NCBI GenBank assembly: GCA_012295275.1
Contig: CM022671.1
Location: 24,676,001 to 24,740,000, forward strand
DNA from: Chrysomallon squamiferum
Lineage: Eukaryota > Animalia > Mollusca
Direction: 5' to 3'
DNA: 64,000 nt
A program made the translations under genes and the position numbers. Shown piece by piece: positions 43,778 through 58,363 of the stretch. The notes beneath the pieces were generated by a model, which saw only the letters and a list, made by a program, of their open reading frames with translations, had not been told where the DNA came from and searched no databases. Every line of letters begins with the position of its first letter. The stretch's first letter is position 1.

Positions 43778-45226
43778 TTTTGTAATTATTAAATTGGAAT
43801 TAAACAGTCTGTTAAAATTTTAACTTTAAAACAATTAAATAAAAAAATAAATATGGTTAAAAAAATTATTATTATTATTATTATTATTTATTACAAGACT
43901 ACAATTTACTATTTATAATTATTTATTTTCTCCTGGTACCATAATTACTTATTTATAATGCAATGTAAATATATTAGTTTTAACTAAGAAAACAATTACG
44001 TGTAAACATTTACAGTTTTAAATATATTTTTATTTTTATTTTATAAAATTAGTAAAATAATATTAAATCTATTTCAGTTTTTTAGAGAGACTCTAAATGG
44101 ATATTGGGACAGTAGCAGAAAGCATATTGACAACCATTTGCAAGAGTTCACATTACCATTTGCTGGTTGGAAAAGGTATTTAAAACAGGAATAGCAACAA
44201 CAGCAAGAACCCCAAAAAAAAAAAACCATACTAGATGATTATTTATTTATATTAAGATCATAAAAAATAAAAAAAAAAAAAATGATAAAAATAATACTAA
44301 AATAAAAATTAAAAATAAATAAATATATATAATTAAGAGAAAAAAAAAAAAAAAATTATACCACCTTATTCATCCTGCCTTAATAATTCAGACCAGATGT
44401 AATATTTATACTGGTTAAACACACTGCTGATCATCTTTTTAAGTGTTGTTATTATTTAATAGAGATGACAGTTTAAAGATGGTTGAAGACTGGTCTATTG
44501 AAGACTTTCTAGGTTATTTGTCATCAGGGTCTGGTTATCAAGGCTATTTGAAGGCAAACCCATCAACTAGAGTACTTGATGAAATGAAGTCGAGGTATGT
44601 TATGAATTTTATTATATACGATTCATTTAAGTTGTTTTTAAATTTCACTAAATGTTGTCCACTAAATGTTGTGATTCTTTATGGAATGTATTTTAAATTG
44701 TAGCAGAATAGAAATGATCAAGTAATATTAAGCATCAACATACAAAGAAAATTAAGAAAACTCACACTCAGTTATATCTTAGATAGCATTTTACTGAGAG
44801 TCAGTGTAGTCAGAAAAAAAGAAAAGAAAAGCATACTCACTTTCAGTTGTGCAGATTTAACATTAATGAATAATTCAAGGATTTGCACTAAATAGTTATC
44901 TACCCACTTATGTGCTTTGAGCTCCAAATGAAGATAAGGTCAACTAGAACAGGCAAATGTCAGTAGAAGATTAATTTTATAAACAATGGTATGTTGATTT
45001 AAGTGGCAAAGGTTTATTGAAGCATGTCATGAATATTTCATTGTATTTTAATTGCTGCTAACATATACTTCTGATTTATCAGCTAACATCCTGCATCTAT
45101 TCTAACAGCTTCAGTTTCTTTAGGTTCAGGGAGCTCTATGCTGATCAAGGTGATGGAGAAAGGAAAGTTCACATAGAGTGGCCTGTTTTTATGTTGATGG
45201 GACATAAACCTTCACATAGACAGTAG
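43188..45226 (+). CDS. Class I SAM-dependent small-molecule methyltransferase (Methyltransf_11; DDB_G0268948/Tmt1-Crg1-like), copy 1, 275 aa
   Basis: Exons 43188-43682, 44078-44175, 44463-44594, 45124-45226 (828 nt). Motifs: YAKYRPTY, motif I ALDVGCGSGQ, VIGIDISEKQI, DLITVAQAIHW, RVLKPGG, C-terminal WPVFMLMGHKP. A second in-frame Met at 43218 (MSKRLFE) may be the true start. Confidence 0.92.
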
Positions 45227-46365
45227 CATGCTTAATTAAACTCCAAGATAAATTACTGTACAATATAATTTGTATGCTTGAAGATGTAATCCTTTGGATA
45301 CACAATGAAAATAATGTACTCCATAAAGGCAAACGGCAAACAGGACACAACAGAAGATAAAATAAAACATATCCTTGATACACCTTCCCATTTTATCCAG
45401 GATAGGTCCTTCGTATCATCTGTATGCTTTTGTCAGAAAAACAAAATCAGTTTGATATTTCATTTAAATTAAATCTGTTCTACTGAAGAATAAACCATAC
45501 TTAGCACCTTTTAAAAGAACAGTTCTTCAAAGCAAAGGATTTTTATTTTCCAGTCTGGTTTCAGTCTGTTATGAGAATGAGTAGGCTGTGGTACAAGGAA
45601 AGATAATTCTCATAACCAGTCTTCTGCATAATGCCACTGGACTTTATCCATTCCATCATTTCATCTAGATCCATATGAATAGTTTATAAGTAACCATAAT
45701 ACATACACAGGTATTTGTGAAAAGATGTACATGAGAGGTCCTGTTCTGCTATTATTAAATAAAACATTCTGTCCAGAAATATTTCATTATTATCTGTTAG
45801 CTAATGCTGGAGGCAAAGGAAGAATTCAGAATCGTATTAACTTTATCAATGCTAAGATTCACATTCATGTGAGAAAAGACTAACAATCAACACGTTACAT
45901 CCTGTAGAGTTTATTCACGTAACAGTTTAAACAAGACCTCACAACACAAAGTACATTTCACAAAGATCATTGGAAGTACAATGTAGCATCATTATGTTTT
46001 TTCTTCAACAGGACTACAAACTTAGTAAAAAGTAAGAAAAAGATGTGCAAATATTCAGTTTAAAAAAAAGAATTAAAAAAAAAAAAAAACCTGAGGAAAA
46101 GGAATGCTGAAAAGTAACAATTATTTGCGCTAGTTTTGTTCTCTGTGACTGAAAATAAATATTGGAATGTTAATGTATATGGGTATGAGAATTATACATT
46201 AATAATTAAAAATGCAAAAAAAGAAAAAAAAAGAAAAGGATTTAAAAAATAAAATGTAAGTAATAACAGAGTTTTAACGAATGCAGAAATTTCTTCACAA
46301 TCTGATTACTTCCGTATTTTGCATTTCTTGATTTCCCTGTAACTTAAAGGATAAATTATCTTTTA

Positions 46366-46403
<38 letters not shown>

Positions 46404-47049
46404 AGATGATGATGATGGTGTTGGTGATGACAATAAAAAGAAGTGAACTAACATTGACAGTGTGATATTTCTATAGACTTAAACGAATAGCTCTGTTATA
46501 TATAAACACATATTTCCATATTAATCCTTATATATATCGAAACATTAGTCTTTAAAATGAATAATTTACAAATATTTATCCTAACTGGATTAGAACTAAT
46601 TAATATTCTGCATCAGTTTCTAAGTGGCTCAAGTTTTAATTATTAATATTATATTTGTTTTTCAAATTAAATTTTATTATAATGTTATCCATATTGGCGG
46701 TCAGTTACTGAAAGGCTCAGTCATATAATCAGTTATAGAGACATTAAAATAAACCATTGGGAATAATTACAACAACAACAAATCAAATGAAATAGCAATT
46801 AATATAGTCACACTTATTAGTTAAACGTTAAGGGAGATAACTCTAATAAACTAAATATTACATCAGGCTAATTTTTTCAAAATATTTATCTTTTCCCTCC
46901 CGCTTTTGGAGGTAATAATTTTGGAAACACTGATTTTGAAATTCTTCTGTATGATTAAAAATAGTTAAAAAATCAGACGATATAACTTCAGAAAAATCAT
47001 GTGACTAGTGATATCAAAATACCACAAACATCTATCTCTGCCTTTGGTC

Positions 47050-49249
47050 ATGAAAGTATGCATTCGCTTGTTTGCCGAGATGAGCAAACGATTATTCGAA
47101 TCGAAACATCATACGCAAATATATGCGAAATTTAGACCGACATATGGCCAAAAAGTTTATGACAAAATAATACATTTTTATCAAGAAACTTGCAATGATT
47201 TTAAACTGGCTTTGGATGTTGGTTGTGGTTCGGGTCAAGGTACTAAACCATTGGCCAAGTATTTTGAGAGTGTCATAGGTATCGATATTAGTGAAAAGCA
47301 AATAGAAGCTGCTTCAACGAATATTGCGAACATAAAGTTTCAGGTGGGATCTGCGGACGATCTTCGTTTCCTTGGAGACAACAGCACTAATTTGATAACA
47401 GTAGCCCAAGCCATTCACTGGATAAACACTGAAGGTTTTTATACCGAGGCAGAACGAGTGTTAAAACCAGGAGGTTCCATTGTTGTTTATGGTTATGGCA
47501 TCTGCAACCTTGATAACAAACTAGCGCAAGATATTTTCTTAAAGGTGGGATTAGACTGTTTTCTAGTTCATAATTTTGAATTAAAAAAATGTAAAATTTT
47601 TTATTAATTTTTTATTATTATTATTATTTTTTAACTTTTTGTAATTATTAAATTGGAATTAAACAGTCTGTTAAAATTTTAACTTTAAAACAATTAAATA
47701 AAGAAATAAATATGGTTAAAAATTATTATTACAAGACTACAATTTACTATTTATAATTATTTATTTTCTACTGGTACCATAATTACTTATTTATAATGCA
47801 ATGTAAATATATTAGTTTTAACTAAGAAAACAATTACGTGTAAACATTTACAGTTTTAAATATATTTTTATTTTTATTTTTGAAAATTAGTAAAATAATA
47901 TTAAATCTATTTAAGTTTTATAGAGAGACTCTAAATGGATATTGGGACAGTAACAGAAAGCATATTGACAACCATTTGCAAGAGTTCACGTTACCATTTG
48001 CTGGTTGGAAAAGGTATTTAAAACAGGAACAGCAACAACAGCAAGAAAAAAACACAACAACAACAAACCCCAACCCAACAACAACAAATAAATAAATAAA
48101 CAATCAATTAAAATAAAAAAGGCAGTTTACTATTAATGTTTATTTATTTCATTCCCTCCAAAACGCCACAAATCCTTACAAAATACAACAAAAAGTTTTT
48201 TATAATCGTACTAGATGATTATTTATTTATATTAAGATCATAAAAAAAAATAATAATAAAATGATAAAAATTATACTAAAATAAAAATTAAAAATAAATA
48301 AATATATATAATTAAGAGAAAAAGAAATAAAAAAATATACCATCTTATTTGTCCTGCCTTAATAATTCAGGCCAACTCTAACATTTGTATTGGTTAAACA
48401 CACTGCTGATCATCTTTTTAAGTGTTGTTATTATTTAATAGAGATGACAGTTTAAAGATGGTTGAAGACTGGTCTGTTGAAGAGTTTGTAGGTTATTTGT
48501 CAACATGGACTGGTTATCAAGCCTATTTGAAGGCAAACCCATCAACTAGAGTACTTGATGAAATGAAGTCGAGGTATGTTATGAATTTTATTATATATGA
48601 TTCATTTGTTTTTAAATTTCGCTAAATCTTTTCCTAAAAAAATGTCACTAAAATGTTACAAATATTAAGAGGTATGGTTGTCAGTCTTTATGGAATGTAT
48701 TTTAAAATGTAGCAGAGGAGAAATGATCAAGTAATATTAAGCATGAACATACAAAGGCATTATTCATTTAAGAAAACTCACATTCAGTTATATCTTAGAT
48801 AGCATGTTACTGAGAGTCAGTGTAGTCAGAATTTCAGAAAAAAAGAAAAAGAAAAGCATACTCACTTTCAGTTGTGCAGATTTAACATTAATGAATAATT
48901 CAAGGATGCACTAAATAGTTACCTACCCACTTAAGTGCTTTGAGCTCCAAATGAAGATAAGGTCAACTAGAACAGGCAAATGTCAGTAGAAGATTAATTT
49001 TATAAACAATGGCATGTTGATTTAAGTGGCAAAGGTTTATTCAAGCATGTCATGAATATTTCATTGTATTTTAATTGCTGCTAACATATACTTCTGATTT
49101 ATCAGTTAACATCCTGCATCTGTTCTAACAGCTTCAGTTTCTTTAGGTTCAGGGAGCTCTATGCTGATCAAGGTGATGGAGAAAGGAAAGTTCACATAGA
49201 GTGGCCTGTTTTTATGTTGATGGGACATAAACCTTCACATAGACAGTAG
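47050..49249 (+). CDS. Class I SAM-dependent methyltransferase, copy 2, 275 aa
   Basis: Exons 47050-47544, 47916-48013, 48442-48573, 49147-49249 (828 nt). Same motifs as copy 1; the exon-2 acceptor is AAG rather than CAG. Confidence 0.9.
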
Positions 49250-50079
49250 CATGCTTAATTAAACTCCAAGATAAATTGCTGTACAATATAATTTGTATGC
49301 TTGAAGATGTAATCCTTTGGATACACAATGAAAATAATGTACTCCATAAAGGCAAATGGCAAACAGGACACAACAGAAGATAAAATAAAACATATCCTTG
49401 ATACACCTTCCCATTTTATCCAGGATAGGTCCTTCGTATCATCTGTATGCTTTTGTCAGAAAAACAAAATCAGTTTGATATTTCATTTAAATTAAATCTG
49501 TTCTACTGAAGAATAAACCATACTTAGCACCTTTTAAAAGAACAGTTCTTCAAAGCAAAGGATTTTTATTTTCCAGTCTGGTTTCAGTCTGTTATATGAA
49601 TGAGTAGGCTGTGGTACAAGGCAAGATAATTCACATAACCAGTTTTCTGCATAATGCCACTGGACTTTATCCATTCCATCATTTCATCTAGATCCATATG
49701 AATAGTTTATAAGTAACCATAATACATACAGAGGTATTTGTGAAAAGATGTACATGAGAGGTCCTGTTCTGCTATTATTAAATAAAACATTCTGTCCAGA
49801 AATATTTCATTATTATCTGTTAGCTAATGCTGGAGGCAAAGGAAGAATTCAGAATCGTATTAACTTTATCAATGCTAAGATTCACATTCATGTGAGAAAA
49901 GACTAACAAGCAACACGTTACATCCTGTAGAGTTTATTCACGTAACAGTTTAAACAAGACCTCACAACACAAAGTACATTTCACAAAGATCATTGGAAGT
50001 ACAATGTAGCATCATTATGTTTTTTCTTCAACAGGACTACAAACTTAGTAAAAAGTAAGAAAAAGATGTGCAAATATTC

Positions 50080-50115
<36 letters not shown>

Positions 50116-53100
50116 GGAAAAGGAATGCTGAAAAGTAACAATTATTTGCGCTAGTTTTGTTCTCTGTGACTGAAAATAAATATTGGAATGTTAATGTATA
50201 TGGGTATGAGAATTATACATTAATAATTAAAAATGCAAAAAAAAAAAAAAAATAAAAAAAGAAAAGGATTTAAAAAATAAAATTAAATAAAAAATAAAAA
50301 GTAAGAAAAAACAGAATTATGTATATTTTTAAAGGCTCAATTAATGTATATACAAATAAATTTCAAAAAGATCTGTGAATTTAAAAAATTTCTCAAAACA
50401 AGATTTACTTGTTAATAATAATAATGTGTATTTATTTAAGAAAGGAAAAATAAAAAATAAAAATTTAAACATTTAAAAATTGTGTATAATTTAATCACTT
50501 TATTTTATATCAGAATGTGTTTATTTTTACTTTTACTTTTTTTTTCAAATGTATTATTCACTATTGTGAGCAATAATTTTCCCCGAAACTTTCAAATAAA
50601 TTTTATGTCTGAACACAATTATAATGTTATTTAAAATCATTAGCAATTTCTAAATGAAATATTTATAAAAACAATTTGTATTAATATACTACTTTCTTAA
50701 TTTGTAACATCTGCATGACTCAAAACAGGAAAAATAAATGTAAATGTATAAATAATAGTTTGTAATATATATTTATTACAAGTTAAAAAATTCTATTAAC
50801 AAAAATCTATTTGCTGAAGTTGAACTGGAGATTAAATTACGAAAAAAACAAAACATGGATTGTTATCAAGTAATGATTCTATGATGCCACAAAAATACTT
50901 TGAAAACAATAACAAAATATAACAAGTATAAATAAATACACAATGTCGATAATATTAAATAAATAATTGCACATACCAGGTAAATATAATAATTCACAAC
51001 ATCACAAAGATTGTCACAAATCATAAATATATAATGCTAGCAAAAACAGGAGTAGAGCTAAAAGTAAAATGTATTTTGAAAATGCAGTTTGATTGTTTGG
51101 TTTATAAAGACTTGTAAGAAGGTGTAGCAGTTTATTACACTTGTGTTCCGGAAGGCTAAAACTGTAAACTATACTAAATATACAAAAATGAATTAACTTT
51201 TTTTTTTAGGTGTATTAGTTTTCTTGCAAAATTTATTTATGAATATGAGAAATTACAATTCATTAATGGATTAGGAAATGCCATTAAAATATTGATGATG
51301 CATCATTAGTTTAGATATTAAATAGATATTTTAAATGTATGATTATGAAGAAAGGTGGGATACTTTTGAGCAGTAACATCATTCAGTTAATGTTTCAGGA
51401 ATGTAAAATATGAAATGGGATAAGTTTTTTTTCCCTTAAACTAATAACAAAACAAACTGATCTCTGATATTGAGGAAATTTATATTTATATATATATTAA
51501 AAATGGAATAATATTTTATGAACTTGTAATGAATAACATGGATGACTAAACTGAAAAAGATTTTATTTTTATCATTTTGCTAATTTTTCATAAAATGTGT
51601 TCATTTATTTAAATAAACAATGAAGTAGGGAAAAGATGATTGTGTGAAAAAATTTAAAAAAGAAGAAAAATAATGAAGTAGAAAAGAATAAATATATAAT
51701 TTCCTTAAGTATTATACTAAGGACAATATGGGATAAACAGAATGTGAATTAAAAAATGGAATATTTCTTATTTTAATTGCTGAAATATTAAAAAGGGGTA
51801 AATTTTAAATTTAAAAAAATAAAAAATAATAAAAGCAAGCAATAATAAATAATTTAGGTGGTTTTTTTGGCAGTAAAATACTAATCTTGTATGTGTAACA
51901 TATGTTCAAGTGCTAATAAAAAAAATGAAATAAAAATGAAATAAAAGCAAAATAAAAGATAAAACAAATTTTCTTACACATATTGTCAGTCTTAATGCAT
52001 GCAGATTTTGGCATACACCAAAAATAGAATAAGAATTTTGTTAAAAGAAAAAAGAAGAAAAAAGAAGAAAAAAAAAGCCAACAAAAAAGACCCCAAATAA
52101 CAATACTGAACAGAGATTAATATATCTGCAACACACTTGACAATAATAAAACTATGTACAGCATGTATGTCACAGTTTGATATATCACATTCTAAAAGAT
52201 CACTTTAGTCATACAGCTTGTGGTAGTCACAGCCTTGTGGCATTTTGTAAAATATATTCTCTATAAAATCAACTATACAGTAAACAATATATTTACAGTT
52301 TGATAATATCACTGATACAAATACGATTTATAGACACAATTTAAAAAAAAAAAGTATCCTCAAAAACCCTCAAAACCCCACCAAAACCCCAGATGCTTTT
52401 AATGTAATCATTTCATCTTTTTTGGAAAGCATTTTATCATGTTAAAAGATATATATATATTTTCATATTGAAAACTTGCAGCTTAAAGGATTTTAACAGT
52501 GTGATTATATTGGTGGGGATTTAATGCAGAGTATGATTAATTTTTAACAACAAATAATATTTTCTCCAAAATAAATATTAAGTATTTTGTTTCAAATCAA
52601 AATAATCTTTATAAAGCACAGTTCAAACATTTTAACACAAATATTGTTATAAATGCTGCAATTCCATGAATATCCAATACCTTATCACATTAGAATATTT
52701 TAATACACCCTGTATAATTAAGTGCTTATTCATATGCATTAATATATGTCATATAAAACAATCCAATAATATATTTATATACACACCAGTAACATGTTTA
52801 CAAAATAGTGTACACTTTTACAACAGAAAATAATATATAATTTATATATATACATTATATATATATATCTTTTACATGTAAATATTTATCATTTGAAATC
52901 AGTTTTCAGTGATAATGTTATTGGTAAATTCAATATCTTATTTCCTTACCTTGCAACCAAACCATTAATTTTGAATAAAAACATAGAATAGATCAATCTT
53001 AAACACAAGCTAATTTATTTCATTGTTTAAAAAACAAAATAGTATTTGAATGTTTTTGAATTATTTTTTTCTTCTAATAATTATCAAAAAAATAAATAAA

Positions 53101-53863
53101 AATAAAATAAAAATTTTCAGAGGGCAAAATTAATTATATAACAAAGCAAAAAAAAAAAAAGCAAAAAAACCCAACAACAACCTTTAACTGATGCATTCAG
53201 AAAGAATAATCTAAATATATTCACAATAAACCATTAATCAAATGTGCTGACGTAAACAATCTGTCATCACCCAGACAATTTTATTTAACAGCATTTTTTC
53301 CCTTACAAGTCAAGCTGACTCAATTTTTAGTAGAAATTGATTTTCATTAAAGAAAGAAGAATTTTGAAAGGTTAATGAACAAATTTTTAAATCAGTTTAT
53401 CAGCTGGAATATTTCACTAATAACAAAACAATACCTGGCAAAACATGCCTGTCATTTCATAATAAACTACAATTCACAACTTGTACACTGTGTGCGTAGG
53501 ACTTAAAACAAATATAATCAGGTTAAAACAACATAAATATTTAAATAAAACAGTTTACCCATACATACAAACATGCACATACTTCCAACAACATTCTAAT
53601 ATCAAATAACAATAACAAAAACAATGAAATTTTTTAATTCTGCAACCTAAAATCAAAAGACTGATTATTACAACCCCGAAAACGCAATATTTCCACATTA
53701 TTTTAAGTACTAATATTTCGTGTATTTTAATAACAGTGACATACAGTGTATGTAAAATAATGGATGGTAATTGGAGAAGAACAATAAATAACAAAGAAAA
53801 ACTGTATTGTATATCAGTATTTAACAAACTGGTGTCAATTTCTGATGAATTTATTTGAAATTT

Positions 53864-54146
53864 TAGATTAAGCATGCCTTATCTGAAATTCCGAAAGCGA
53901 AAAATATCTGAAAGGTTCAATGAATGTGAACTTTGTTTTATGAAGAAAATTATTTAAACAACTGAATAAAATCTACATTTCAATGTCTACACGTGCAAGT
54001 TGAAGAAAAGTAAATAGTTTTAATTAATGTTCAATCTTTTATTTCATTCTCAAGCTACTTTCTCATTAAATTCCAAAATCAAAAAATATTGTGAAATCTA
54101 AAATCCTTTCAGAATCTGGCATTTCAAATAAAGGATGCTCAGTTTA
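53864..54146. mobile_element. Old Tigger-like MITE (Tigger4/Zombi-type termini)
   Basis: Left end TAGATTAAGCATGCCTTATCTGAAATTCC matches the reverse complement of the right end, TAAACTGAGCATCCTTTATTTGAAATGCC, at about 22 of 29 positions. Subterminal AAATC(C/T)GAAA-like motifs; TA follows the right end. Confidence 0.55.
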
Positions 54147-54543
54147 TACAGAAGAAAAAAAATATACATGTCACTGTTCTTTTTCATTTAATTTATTTTT
54201 TACTTAGTTTTATGCACTAAAAGGCACTAAAAGAGAGGAAAAATATCACTAGATAATTATGCAAAGAAAGTAAGTAATTCAGGATTTAAGTAAGTTGCCA
54301 CAGATCATAGCTAAAAAGCAGAAATACAGATAAAATGAGTTAACAATATCACTGGATGGAAAGAATTGAAACTCGTACACACACACACACACACACACAC
54401 ATACTCAGATTAAAAATACCAAAATATAATATCAACTACAACAAAATGAAAATAAATAAATAAATTTAAAACAGATCATCACATTAAGTAGCAGGTATAT
54501 GCAAAAAGGTGGGTAAAACAAAAAGACTTAGTGTATCTTGTTG

Positions 54544-54574
<31 letters not shown>

Positions 54575-55229
54575 AAGAAAAAAAGCTTACTTACAAACTG
54601 TTCACTGCTAAGAAATGATTCAATTTCTGTACATAAGACAATAGCTGATTACAGACTAATATCTATTTTTGATTAATAAATATATTGCTTTCCAAACAAA
54701 TATACCTCATTTCTACAGGTATATTTATTATCCTGTTCATCAATAATATTTATATAAAAATTATTTGGAACACAAGTGATATTTATACCTTGAAAGAAAC
54801 CTTGTTCATCCCTCATATATATATTTATTTCTACCAGAGAATAACAAATAAAATTATTATATTAATATATATACACATATACATAGACTTAGTTTCATTC
54901 AAGATAATAATAATAATAATAATAATCCAGAAAATTTTAATAGTATCCATATTTAATGAATATTAATAGTTGAATTAAAATAAAATTTCCATAATGTGTT
55001 ACCACATTATGGTTACATAATATGCCCTCATTTGCATTAAATTATAGTTGAATACATATATGTATTTATTCATGTAGCTATAAAACTATACTGGAAATAA
55101 ATAGGGATATATTTACAATATTTTACAGAAAAATGTGGTTGTGTTGTTTTATTTTGATTGCACATAATTATTTTTTTTGTTGGCCAGTGTTTGAAGAATC
55201 TTCTATTTCAGTTGTCTTCTTCCCTCTGT

Positions 55230-58200
55230 TTATTTATTTTCAATCAGAGTCTGCAATCTCAACACAAGATCTCGAGAGATCTTCAGTACTTGCTTTGCAT
55301 TGTGTCGCTCAGCCATTTCTAACATGAATAATTAAAAAATACAAAAGAGAGTTTGTGAAAATAGAAATAATAAATTCCTGTCTGAGCTGAAAATGATAAA
55401 AACAGAGATAATAAATTCCAGTCCAAGTTGAAAAACTTTATTTGGAAACATGTTAAATTTGAACACAGTTGCCATACTTGTGGTAAAGGTACCTATATTA
55501 ATGGAAGTAGACATCCTGTGTTTTATTTTACATTAATATCATTAATGTTTTACATGTTCTTTGAAATCAGAACATTTTAAATATTTCCACAACTGATTGA
55601 CAATGGCTAAATAAATAAAAAATACGGTTCTTGTGTATGTTTTTGTAAAAGAACAAGAACTCTGTACTCACCATTGAAGAATTTGATGATGTCGGTGAAA
55701 TCCATGTTGTTGTCGAGGATGATGTCTCTGTAGTACTCAACCAGAGCCAGAGCGATAAAAAGCACAAAGTGAGATGAACTGATGTGCTTTGCTGCCCATA
55801 TCGTCTCCCAAACAGAAAACACGTCTTCATACACCAGCTCTGTTTTAACAACAAAAACATGCTCAGTTATTCTGTCATCAACATAAAAAATAACATAATG
55901 TTCTGCATTCTGGATCATGGATCTTATTTCAAATCGACTTGAATATCAGAAACCAAATGAGATATTGCAATACTATTTCACTGTTCTAATATAATCTTAA
56001 ATGTCAGTACAAAAAGAAAGACAAATAAATAATCAGACAAAATACACTCCATTGGTCTTATTTACCAGATTCAATAATTCTGCAACAGAAAAAAATAATG
56101 AATAGGTCTTTTTTTTCTTTCACTGAAGATTCCTGACTATCAGTATAATTGAAAACTAGGAAACCTAACAGTAAAAATTCTTTCAATTAGAGAAAAAAAA
56201 GAAAAGAAAAAAAGATGAATAAAAAAATAAATATATTTTGCCACATCAAAAGATTTTTATTAATATCATATTAAATTTTAAACAAATATTATGTTTTATA
56301 GAAATATAAAACACCATACCTCTTTTAAAATCCAAGAGAAACCACCGGTAACAGAAGTAGAAATGAGTGTAGTCTCCATGCTGATGCATGTGTTCAAACA
56401 GCTCAGAGTCCAGAATCTAATAAAACACAGAATTAAATATAGTTAATTAAATCTTTAAAAATTTGGTTATCAAACTCAGTAACGGTAATTGTTATTTGCA
56501 AACACAATAAAATTCAAGACACGAGAATTAAAATGGAATTTTAAACTGTAACACAATTCTGTTTAAAGATAAGAGTTTAAACTTTCAAACTGATAGTTAA
56601 TTAAATTAATTTTATAGAATTGAAATGGAAATTAGTTATAATATTTATAATTTGGATTTGGTTTCAATATAAGACTACGGTAGTGACAATTAATTTATGA
56701 AAAATGAATTAGATGACACAGACACACACACACACACGCATGCACACACACATAAACTTATCTACCTGTATAAGAGATCTCATGTTGGCAAAGTGTGTAT
56801 CCATGGCTCCACCATGTGGGAAGTTAGCTGACATTCTCTTCATCAGCTCACAGAAACAGCTGTAGGTTAATGCCTCTGAAATATTTAAAACATATATATC
56901 ATTGGGCTACTTATTCATTACATATCCGAAACACAAGTCATATTTATCTACTAAATCGTAAATTTGTGAAAATACTTAAATTCTAAATATTTTTTTTTTT
57001 ATCAAATATTAATTTCTTTAGCAATTTGAAATGAGTTTATAGTCTGAGATGAAGTTACTACCAAACCATATATTTGTTTCCTTTTCTCATTCATATGTAT
57101 CGTACTTTAAGCACTCTCAAATTTAGATAGATTTACATTGTTAGATTAAGAGCAGCTGTAAAGAATTTTAAACAGAAATTCTCCTTTGACAGAAGTCACT
57201 GAATATAAGTAATAACAGCAACAACAACAACAACAACAATAATCTTAATAATAAAATGTAAGTACTTTCAATAAACTTATTTAATGATGTAATTTTAAGC
57301 TAAACATGTTAAAGAACAGTGGACTACTAACCATCATCAAAAATGACGAGAAGAGGAGCAACCAAGTCACACATTCCTTGTACATATCCAACATCAAGAT
57401 GCTGCCACACGTAACTATTGACAAGTAAAACAAATATTTAATTAATATTATAAACATACACATTTATTTATCAAAAGAAATATTGCTTGCAAGAAGTGTT
57501 TAAATGACCTGTAAATAATATTTAACTGTATATAATGTATATAAATATTTGCTATACAATGAAAAACATCTTAGTACAAAACTATAAAATGACTCTCCAA
57601 ACACAAAAAAATCAATTAAAAAAAACCCCCACTCACGTGCACATAACATTGCGTAGTTTTTCCAGGTTTTCGTGACTGAAATACCAATAGTTTCTGTCAC
57701 ACCTCTGTACATCTTTGTCTATTCTGTGCCAGTTCAGAGCTACATCCTCAAGCAGTTCATTCTGCAAATATACAAAAACTTTTATTTTATATAATTTGTA
57801 ATGTAAGTAGACTTGGTGGTGTTTTCTCTGACATTTTCTCTTTTGTCATGACAATACTTCATCTATTTATCTATCTATATATATATATATATATATAATA
57901 GAATAACAATAAAATGATAATAAATGAATAAATAAATATAAAAATAAATGAGTAACTAATAATAATAATAATATAATTAAAAACAGAATAAAGTTACTAA
58001 ACAGTTACAAATTTGCATATCATATCTGTGGATATTTAAGGATATTTCTATGATGGAAAATTTCAGACTCCCATGTATTCTGTGAATTATAAACAGTTTT
58101 CTTCTTATAGTATAACATGTTATATTCAGCTTTCTTTCTGACTGGGGGAACGGCACCTAAAGATAAATTTTTTTATGACCTGAGGAATGATCGGACAAAT

Positions 58201-58322
58201 AATCTACACTTTACTTGATGAGTTGTTTCTAGTTCTACTCAGTGCTCCAAATAGCAAACTGCTGCTAATTTACAATAACTGAATGTCATCAGTGTGTTTC
58301 CTCTTTTATAACAAATTCTAAA

Positions 58323-58363
<41 letters not shown>

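Larger units (their letters stand above)
42379..50283 (+). repeat. Head-to-tail segmental duplication (copy 1 ~42379-46256, copy 2 ~46262-50283)
   Basis: Upstream region, exons, introns and ~1 kb of 3' flank are near-identical. The main differences are microsatellite or poly-A lengths and an indel in intron 2. Confidence 0.97.
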
